Assembly: GCF_001457595.1 (NCBI RefSeq)
Contig: NZ_LN831039.1
Span: forward strand, 3,810,001 to 3,842,000
Origin: Mycolicibacterium smegmatis
Lineage (GTDB): Bacteria > Actinomycetota > Actinomycetes > Mycobacteriales > Mycobacteriaceae
Direction: 5' to 3'
Length of the DNA stretch: 32,000 bases
Positions 25,542 to 32,000 of this stretch are shown one piece after another. The notes beneath the pieces are model-generated. The model saw nothing but the letters and a program-made list of their open reading frames with translations. It searched no databases and was not told the origin of the DNA. Numbering within the stretch: position 1 is the stretch's first letter; each line of letters opens with the position of its first letter. The position numbers and the translations under genes were made by a program.

Positions 25542-28500
25542 ATGGTTGGTGACCCGACACGGCGGTTGTTGTCCATCGATCTGCTCGATGACGACGAGCA
25601 TGACAGACTCGACGACTGGGGCAACCGGTCCGCCCTGACGAGGCCGGCCGCCCAGCAGAAAACGATCCCGCAACTCTTCTCCGCCCAGGTCACCCGGACG
25701 CCGACCGCCCACGCACTGGTGTGTGGCGAACGCGTCTTCACCTACCGCGAATTGGATGAGGCCACCGATCGTCTCGCGATGCGATTGACGCGTAGTGGGT
25801 CCGGACCGGGCCAATGTGTGGCGCTCCTGCTGCCCCGCTCAGCCGAAGCCATCATCGCGATTCTCGCCGTGCTCAAGTCAGGGGCGGCGTATCTGCCCAT
25901 GGATACGGCTCATCCGGATGCACGGCTGCGCTTCATGCTCCATGACGCCAAACCCGTCGCGGCCGTGACGACGTCCGCACTTCATACGCGATTGACCGGG
26001 ACGGGCATACCTCTCCTCGATATCGACGCATGCGACACCGGCGCAAGCGCGCCCATCCGCCCGCCCGTACCCGACGATCTCGCATACCTGACGTACACGT
26101 CGGGCACCACCGGTGTACCCAAAGCTGTCGCGGTGACCCACCGGAACGTCACACAGTTGCTGGAATGTCCACACCCAGAGCTTCCCGCAAGTCCGGGACA
26201 GGTTTGGTCGCAATGGCATTCGCTGGTCTTCGATGTGTCGGTATGGGAGATCTGCGGTGCGCTGCTCCACGGCAACCGGCTCGTGGTGGTGCCTGAATCC
26301 ATCGCGAGTTCGCCACACGAGCTCAATGCACTGCTGGTCCGGGAACGTGTGACCGTGCTGTGCCAGACTCCCTCGTCTGCGGGCATGCTCTCAGCCGAGG
26401 GTCTGGACCGGACCGCGCTGGTGGTGGCCGGTGAAGCCTGCCCGGCTGATCTGGTGCAAAGATGGGCGCCCGGGCGCGTGATGCTCAATGCCTATGGCCC
26501 GACGGAGGCCACCGTGTACGCCGCGATGAGTTCTCCGCTTTCATCGGATGCCGATCCGGTCCCCATCGGACGGCCGGTCCCCCACGCCGCCGCCTTCGTC
26601 CTGGACAAGTTCCTGCGACCGGTTCTCGACGGCGTAATCGGCGAGTTGTACATCGCGGGAGCCGGGGTCGCGGTCGGCTACGCACGCCGCTCCGCTTTGA
26701 CCGCATCACGATTTGTCGCCTGTCCATTCGGGACCCCCGGGCAGCGGATGTACCGTACCGGCGACCTGGTGCGCTGGGACGACGACGGACACCTGGTGTA
26801 TCTGGGTCGCTGCGACGAGCAGGTGAAGATACACGGCTACCGCATCGAGCTGGGCGAGGTGCAGGCCGCATTGGCCGGCCTCGACGGCGTGGACCAAGCG
26901 GTGGTGACGGTCCGCGAGGACCGCCCTGGCGACCAGCGGCTGGTCGGCTACATCATCGGTGCCGCCGATCCCAGCGCGTCACGCCGCGCACTGGCAGAGC
27001 GGCTCCCGGCGTACATGGTTCCCGCCGCGGTGGTGGTGCTCGACTCGCTGCCACTGACGGTGAACGGCAAGCTGGACAAGCGCGCGCTGCCTGCCCCGGA
27101 CTACCGCGGCGATGCCGGATCGTTTCGCGCCCCCACCTCAGACGTCGAGCGGATCCTCACAGACATTTATTCCGAAGTACTCGGTGTGGACCGGGTGGGC
27201 GTCGACGATTCGTTCTTCGCACTCGGCGGCGACAGCATTCTGTCGATGCGGGTCGTCGCGCAGGCCCGTATGCAGGGTCTGCGGCTCCGGCCTCGCGATG
27301 TGTTCGTCGAGCAGACGGTTGCAAGGTTGGCTGCAACGGCCACCCTCGTGAGTGGTCAGCGCGAGCCCGGTGAGGACGTTACCGCGCCCGTCACGGCGAC
27401 GCCGATGATGCGCTGGCTGCAAACCGTGGACGGCCAGGTGGATCAGTTCCACCAAGCAATGGTGTTGCAGGCACCCGCCGACGCTGCAGGCTGTGAGTTC
27501 GCCGATGTGGTGGACGTGCTGCAGGACCTGCTGGATCACCACGCCGCGTTGCGGCTCTGCGCGAGTGGGGATGGTCCATCGGCACCGGTACTTGAGGTGG
27601 GCGCCGTGCGCGCAGCCGATTGTGTGCAGTCGGTCGACACCCTGTGCGCCGAAACGTTGGCGAAGGCGCGCTCTCGCCTGAATCCGGCTGAGGGCCGCCT
27701 GCTCTCGGCGCTGTGGGTACCACATACACACCAGTTGGTCTTGATGATCCACCACATCGGCGTCGATGGGGTGTCCTGGCGAATCCTTCTGGAGGACCTC
27801 AACATCGCGTGGGCTCAACGTCGCGCTCACCAGCGGGTGGAGCTGCCCGCCGAGGGGACGTCGTTGGCTCACTGGTCTGCTCTGCTGCAAAAGCACGCAT
27901 ATTCGCCCGAGGTCGTTGCCCAGGCGGGTGCCTGGCAGAAGGTGCTGTCCATCGCGACCCCTCTGCCGGAGACACAACCGGCCGTGGACACCTACGCGAC
28001 CGCGGGTCATCTGTCTGTGTCGTTGGACTCCGAGACCACCCGGCAGTTGCTCGGCGACGTACCCGCAGCATTCCATGCCGGGGTCGGCGACATCATGCTC
28101 ATCGCATACGCCCTGGCGTGGAACGAATTTCGAGGTGGTGGCAGCGCCTCGATCACCATCGACGTCGAAGGTCACGGCCGCGACGAAGAACTGGGTGACG
28201 TCTTCGGTGAAGACATCGACCTGTCCCGCACCGTGGGCTGGTTCACCACGAAGTATCCCGTGGCCATCACCGTCGCCCCTCTCCGTTGGGACCTCGTACG
28301 AGACGGCGCCCCTGCCCTCGGCGCCATGATCAAGTCAGCCAAAGAACAATTGCACAGCCTTCCGGGCACATCGACGTACGGATTGCTGCGTCACCTGAAT
28401 ACCGACGTCGACCTGTCGGGCCCCGAACCCACCATCGGTTTCAACTATCTGGGCCGTGTCGGCGCGGATCACCTGGGCGACCGACTCTGGCGAATCGACC

Positions 28501-31500
28501 CCGACGGACTGGCCCTCGCCGAGGTCGCTTCCGCGGTGCCGATGCCGCTGATGCACACACTCGAGCTCAACGCAGGCACGCTGCAAGTCGATTCGCCGGC
28601 CGGCACGCCGGAGCCGGCACTCCAGGCAGCATGGACGTGGGCACCCTCGGCCGTGGACGAAGCGCAGGTGAAGCGGTTGAGCCAGCTGTGGTTCGAAGCA
28701 CTCACCGGCATCTGCGCACACGTGAGATCCGGTGGCGGCGGATGGACGCCTTCCGACATCGCACCGGCCGTCCTGACCCAGTCGCAGATCGATCAAATCG
28801 CCGAACAGTACCGCGTCGCCGACATCCTCCCCCTGACCCCGCTGCAGCAGGGGCTGTTCTTCCACTCGTTGATCGGCCCGGGTGAGGCTTCGACCGATGT
28901 GTACGCGGTGCAGTTGGACATCACGGTGACCGGCCTCCTCGACGCTGATCGCCTGCACGACGCCCTGCTGACCGTGCTGCGACGCCATCCCAACCTCGTG
29001 GCACGTTTCTGTGGCGACTTCGACCCGCCGGTTCAGATCATCCCGGACGACCCGGTCATGGCCTGGCGTTACATGGATCTGCGCGAAGACGACCGGCCGC
29101 CCGAGGTAGAGATCGAAAAACTCTGCACCGCCGAGCGCGTCGCTGTTTGTCACCTCACTGATCGGCCGGCCTTCCGCGCAGCGTTGATCCGCACCGCGGG
29201 CAACCAACACCGATTCGTGATGACGTTCCACCACATCGTTGTCGATGGGTGGTCTCTTCCGATACTCCTCAAGGAGATCTTCGGCGCGTACTTCGAACAC
29301 CGGCTGCCTGCCCCGAGGCCCTATCGTGACTTCGTTGGCTGGCTTTCCGCTCAGGACCACGACGCTGCGCGTGCAGCATGGCACGAGGTGATGGGCGGAT
29401 TCGCCAGCCCGACGGTGCTCACTCACCCGGGGCCCCCAGGGCCACGCCGCGCGCACACCTACCATGTGCCCGCCGAAACGACGCGTGCAGTCGGCGATTT
29501 GGCCCGCTCCTGCCGCACCACGGTCAACACGGTCCTGCAGGCCGCGTGGGCGCAACTCCTGATGGCGCTCACCGGGCAGCATGACGTCGCGTTCGGAACC
29601 GCTGTCTCCGGTCGGCCTGCCGAACTGGCGGGATCAGATTCGCTTGTCGGGCTGTTGATCAACACCATTCCTGTGCGGGCCAATGTCCCACCGACGGCAT
29701 CTGTCTCAGACCTGCTGGACCAACTGCAGCGCACGCACAACGCCACTGTCGACCATGAATATATGTCACTCAACGAGATTCATCGGATCACCGGTCATGA
29801 CCAGTTGTTCGACACCCTGTTCGTGTACGAAAGCTACCCCTTCGACGCAGGTGCTTTCGCCGGCACACACGAGTTGGCGATCACCGACTTCACCACCCGG
29901 GAACACAACCATTATCCATTGTCGGTCATCGCGATACCCGGTCACGAGTTGGGTCTGCGTGCGGAGTTCGACAGTGTCCGATTCACCGACGACGATATCG
30001 AGGAGCTGATCGAACGATTCCTGCGTGTGCTCGCGGCCATGATCGACGATCCGGAACGGAGAGTATCGACGATCGACGTGCTCGGCACCTCCGAGCGTGA
30101 GCGGCTCGACAGCTGGTGCCGGCGAGAGCGGCTACGTGGAAAGGGTTCTGGTTCCTCATCGATTCCGGAACGATTCTCCGCACAGGTCGTTCGGACCCCG
30201 GATTCGGTTGCGGTCACGTGCGGCGGAGAGTCGCTGACCTATGCAGAGCTCGACGAGACCGCCGATCGATTGGCAAACCTGTTGACCTTGCATGGCGCAG
30301 GGCCGGGCACCTACGTCGCCATCATGTTGCCCCGATGCGCACAAGCGATTGTGGCGATCCTCGCCGTGCTCAAGACCGGTGCGGCATATCTGCCCATCGA
30401 CCCGGTCCTGCCGGACGCACGTGTGCAGTTCATGCTCGATGACACCGCGCCGATCGCCGCGGTCACCAACGATGAGCTGCGCTCCCGGTTCGACGGGTTC
30501 GCCGGGGTGGTCGTGGAGGCCGACGATCCGGCCATGTCCCTTCACCCCACCACCGCACTGCTGGCCCCCGCCGCCGATGACATCGCCTACGTCATCTACA
30601 CGTCGGGCACCACCGGACGACCCAAAGGCGTGGCTGTCACCCATCACAACGTCACTCGGCTCTTCGACGCGCCCTATCCCGGTCTCACGTTCGGGTCTGG
30701 CCAGGTCTGGACCCAATGCCACTCGACGGGATTCGACTTCTCGGTGTGGGAGATATGGAGCGCGCTGCTCCACGGAGGGCGGCTCGTGGTGGTGCCCGAG
30801 TCCGTCACCAGCTCACCGAGCGACCTCCATGAACTTCTCGTCACCGAACACGTCACCATGTTCAGCCAGACACCGGCCGCTGCTGCGGCTCTGTCGCACA
30901 CCGGCTTGGAGGATCTGACGCTGGTGGTCGGCGGAGAAGCGTGCCCGAGTGAGGTGGTTCAGCGCTGGGCGCCCAAGCGCACGATGATCAACGGGTACGG
31001 ACCAACCGAGACCACCGTATTCGCCTCCACCAGTGAGCCTTTGAATCCGTCCTCCCCGGGTGATGTTCCAATCGGCGCACCGGTACCCGGCGCCGCCGTG
31101 TTCGTCCTGGACTCGTGGCTGCGTCCGGTCCCACCGGGCGTCGCGGGTGAGGTCTACGTCGCCGGCGGCGGTGTGACCGTCGGCTACGTGCACCGGCCTG
31201 GTATGACCGCGTCGCGCTTCGTGGCTTGTCCGTTCGCGGCGGACGGCAGCCGGATGTATCGCACCGGTGACCTCGCTCGCTGGGGAACCGACGGCCAGCT
31301 GCGTTATCTCGGGCGTGCCGACGATCAAGTGAAGATCCGCGGCTTCCGGATCGAACTCGGCGAGATCCAATGTGCGCTCGCCGACCTCGACGGGGTCGAC
31401 CAAGCGGCCGTCGTCGTGCGCGAGGACCAGCCCGGTGACAAGCGACTGGTCGGCTACATCACCGGCACCATGGACCCGGCCGTGGCACGTGAAATGCTTG

Positions 31501-32000
31501 CCGATCACCTGCCGCCCTACATGGTTCCGGCGGCCGTCCTGCGGTTGGACACGCTACCTGTGACCGTCAACGGCAAACTCGATCAGCGCGCGCTCCCCGT
31601 GCCCGGGTACGGCAACACCCGGATTCATCGCCCGCCTGTGACCCGGACCGAGAAGGTGGTCGCGGGCGTCTTCGGCCAGGTGCTCGGTGTAGAGCAGGTC
31701 GGCATCGACGACTCGTTCTTCGATCTGGGCGGCGACTCCATCTCAGCCATGCGGTGCGTCGCCGCAATCAACACCGCACTGGATGTCGGAGTCGGAGTGC
31801 AGGATTTACTGCAGGCACCGCAGGTTCGCCTGTTGAGCAGGCAGATTGAGGGCGTCGGCGAAACCGACACGTTGGCCGCAGGCGGCGCAACCGTGGAGTC
31901 GGTGCACGGATCAGCCGACGTCACCGAGATCCGTGCCGCCGATCTGACACTGGACAAGTTCATCGACGACGCGGCATTGTCCGCGGCGCGGAACTTACCC
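25542..32000 (+). CDS. non-ribosomal peptide synthetase, 5' portion (A-T-E-C-A-T and the start of a reductase domain); continues beyond the window
   Basis: Not in the ORF track because it has no stop in the window. I translated the frame with codons starting at positions divisible by 3. In-frame stop at 25518-25520, then ATG 25542. The frame was checked at 26091, 27234, 27750, 28167, 29229, 30597, 31737 and 31941, and is open to nt 32000. Confidence 0.9.
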   Translation, partial: MVGDPTRRLLSIDLLDDDEHDRLDDWGNRSALTRPAAQQKTIPQLFSAQVTRTPTAHALVCGERVFTYRELDEATDRLAMRLTRSGSGPGQCVALLLPRSAEAIIAILAVLKSGAAYLPMDTAHPDARLRFMLHDAKPVAAVTTSALHTRLTGTGIPLLDIDACDTGASAPIRPPVPDDLAYLTYTSGTTGVPKAVAVTHRNVTQLLECPHPELPASPGQVWSQWHSLVFDVSVWEICGALLHGNRLVVVPESIASSPHELNALLVRERVTVLCQTPSSAGMLSAEGLDRTALVVAGEACPADLVQRWAPGRVMLNAYGPTEATVYAAMSSPLSSDADPVPIGRPVPHAAAFVLDKFLRPVLDGVIGELYIAGAGVAVGYARRSALTASRFVACPFGTPGQRMYRTGDLVRWDDDGHLVYLGRCDEQVKIHGYRIELGEVQAALAGLDGVDQAVVTVREDRPGDQRLVGYIIGAADPSASRRALAERLPAYMVPAAVVVLDSLPLTVNGKLDKRALPAPDYRGDAGSFRAPTSDVERILTDIYSEVLGVDRVGVDDSFFALGGDSILSMRVVAQARMQGLRLRPRDVFVEQTVARLAATATLVSGQREPGEDVTAPVTATPMMRWLQTVDGQVDQFHQAMVLQAPADAAGCEFADVVDVLQDLLDHHAALRLCASGDGPSAPVLEVGAVRAADCVQSVDTLCAETLAKARSRLNPAEGRLLSALWVPHTHQLVLMIHHIGVDGVSWRILLEDLNIAWAQRRAHQRVELPAEGTSLAHWSALLQKHAYSPEVVAQAGAWQKVLSIATPLPETQPAVDTYATAGHLSVSLDSETTRQLLGDVPAAFHAGVGDIMLIAYALAWNEFRGGGSASITIDVEGHGRDEELGDVFGEDIDLSRTVGWFTTKYPVAITVAPLRWDLVRDGAPALGAMIKSAKEQLHSLPGTSTYGLLRHLNTDVDLSGPEPTIGFNYLGRVGADHLGDRLWRIDPDGLALAEVASAVPMPLMHTLELNAGTLQVDSPAGTPEPALQAAWTWAPSAVDEAQVKRLSQLWFEALTGICAHVRSGGGGWTPSDIAPAVLTQSQIDQIAEQYRVADILPLTPLQQGLFFHSLIGPGEASTDVYAVQLDITVTGLLDADRLHDALLTVLRRHPNLVARFCGDFDPPVQIIPDDPVMAWRYMDLREDDRPPEVEIEKLCTAERVAVCHLTDRPAFRAALIRTAGNQHRFVMTFHHIVVDGWSLPILLKEIFGAYFEHRLPAPRPYRDFVGWLSAQDHDAARAAWHEVMGGFASPTVLTHPGPPGPRRAHTYHVPAETTRAVGDLARSCRTTVNTVLQAAWAQLLMALTGQHDVAFGTAVSGRPAELAGSDSLVGLLINTIPVRANVPPTASVSDLLDQLQRTHNATVDHEYMSLNEIHRITGHDQLFDTLFVYESYPFDAGAFAGTHELAITDFTTREHNHYPLSVIAIPGHELGLRAEFDSVRFTDDDIEELIERFLRVLAAMIDDPERRVSTIDVLGTSERERLDSWCRRERLRGKGSGSSSIPERFSAQVVRTPDSVAVTCGGESLTYAELDETADRLANLLTLHGAGPGTYVAIMLPRCAQAIVAILAVLKTGAAYLPIDPVLPDARVQFMLDDTAPIAAVTNDELRSRFDGFAGVVVEADDPAMSLHPTTALLAPAADDIAYVIYTSGTTGRPKGVAVTHHNVTRLFDAPYPGLTFGSGQVWTQCHSTGFDFSVWEIWSALLHGGRLVVVPESVTSSPSDLHELLVTEHVTMFSQTPAAAAALSHTGLEDLTLVVGGEACPSEVVQRWAPKRTMINGYGPTETTVFASTSEPLNPSSPGDVPIGAPVPGAAVFVLDSWLRPVPPGVAGEVYVAGGGVTVGYVHRPGMTASRFVACPFAADGSRMYRTGDLARWGTDGQLRYLGRADDQVKIRGFRIELGEIQCALADLDGVDQAAVVVREDQPGDKRLVGYITGTMDPAVAREMLADHLPPYMVPAAVLRLDTLPVTVNGKLDQRALPVPGYGNTRIHRPPVTRTEKVVAGVFGQVLGVEQVGIDDSFFDLGGDSISAMRCVAAINTALDVGVGVQDLLQAPQVRLLSRQIEGVGETDTLAAGGATVESVHGSADVTEIRAADLTLDKFIDDAALSAARNLP
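25656..27095 (+). other. NRPS adenylation domain 1
   Basis: [14 protein letters not shown] (A1), [11 protein letters not shown] (26091-26123), [35 protein letters not shown] and [10 protein letters not shown] (about 27062-27092). Confidence 0.85.
27141..27345 (+). other. NRPS thiolation (PCP) domain 1
   Basis: [17 protein letters not shown], with the phosphopantetheine-attachment Ser codon at 27234-27236. Confidence 0.85.
27385..28800 (+). other. NRPS epimerization (E) domain
   Basis: [13 protein letters not shown] (HHxxxDG at 27750-27770), the E-domain hallmark EGHGRD (28167-28184), and a terminal GGWTPSDI linker. Confidence 0.75.
28815..30060 (+). other. NRPS condensation domain (position implies DCL type)
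   Basis: N-terminal [14 protein letters not shown] and active site [10 protein letters not shown] (29229-29249). It follows an E domain. Confidence 0.8.
30160..31600 (+). other. NRPS adenylation domain 2
   Basis: [24 protein letters not shown] (30597-30626), [35 protein letters not shown] and [10 protein letters not shown] (31569-31598). Confidence 0.85.
31640..31850 (+). other. NRPS thiolation (PCP) domain 2
   Basis: [16 protein letters not shown], with the Ser codon at 31737-31739. Confidence 0.85.
31900..32000 (+). other. probable start of a terminal thioester reductase (R) domain (truncated by the window)
   Basis: [24 protein letters not shown] resembles the segment preceding the NAD(P)H Rossmann motif in NRPS and carboxylic-acid-reductase R domains. 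The GxxGxxG motif itself would lie beyond nt 32000. Confidence 0.5.

Noticed and set aside
26462-29582. ORF-track entries inside the NRPS region (26462..27373 plus; 27138..28175 and 28335..29582 minus; others)
   Set aside because: They are in the wrong frame or strand relative to the continuous NRPS reading frame, which shows every expected A/T/E/C core motif. Their translations are Arg-rich and motif-less.
1-32000. rRNA, tRNA, CRISPR arrays, transposases/IS ends, integrases, toxin-antitoxin or known phage-defence genes
   Set aside because: I scanned intergenic gaps and ORF translations and found no cloverleaf-like segments, no regularly spaced repeats, and no DDE/tyrosine-recombinase or defence-type motifs. 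The absence is based on reading by eye only.

Overview
GC-rich, densely coding actinobacterial chromosome, most consistent with a fast-growing Mycobacterium/Mycolicibacterium (long-form ~769-aa isocitrate lyase, a mycobacterial-type Pro-rich membrane protein, strong third-position G/C bias). I support about 27 CDS. In order: the 3' end of a hypothetical gene; a small secreted protein; an acyl-CoA synthetase; a minus-strand SSS transporter plus small membrane protein, divergent from a translationally coupled deoR-galT-galK unit; a divergent P450/acyl-CoA synthetase pair with perfect palindromes between them; a translationally coupled three-gene cassette built around a DyP-type peroxidase-like protein with two unassignable partners; a Pro-rich membrane protein; an SDR-MFS pair; long-form isocitrate lyase with a tightly following hypothetical gene; a Tat-signal catalase-related protein coupled to cytochrome b561; and an acyltransferase-3 membrane protein. 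From about 23.4 kb the region looks accessory. It holds a 39-codon ORF with a strong SD that is below the ORF-track size cutoff, a hypothetical gene preceded by three copies of an octamer, a secreted LAS/M15-like metallopeptidase-motif protein, a low-GC structured 386-nt leader, and a large NRPS gene. The NRPS (25542 to beyond 32000) is missing from the supplied ORF track because it has no stop codon in the window. I read it directly from the DNA as A-T-E-C-A-T-(start of R). No rRNA, tRNA, CRISPR array or transposase was recognised. The best candidates for something undescribed are the DyP-like cassette (10.7-13.6 kb) and the orphan NRPS neighbourhood (22-32 kb). All family assignments come from motif reading, not database searches.
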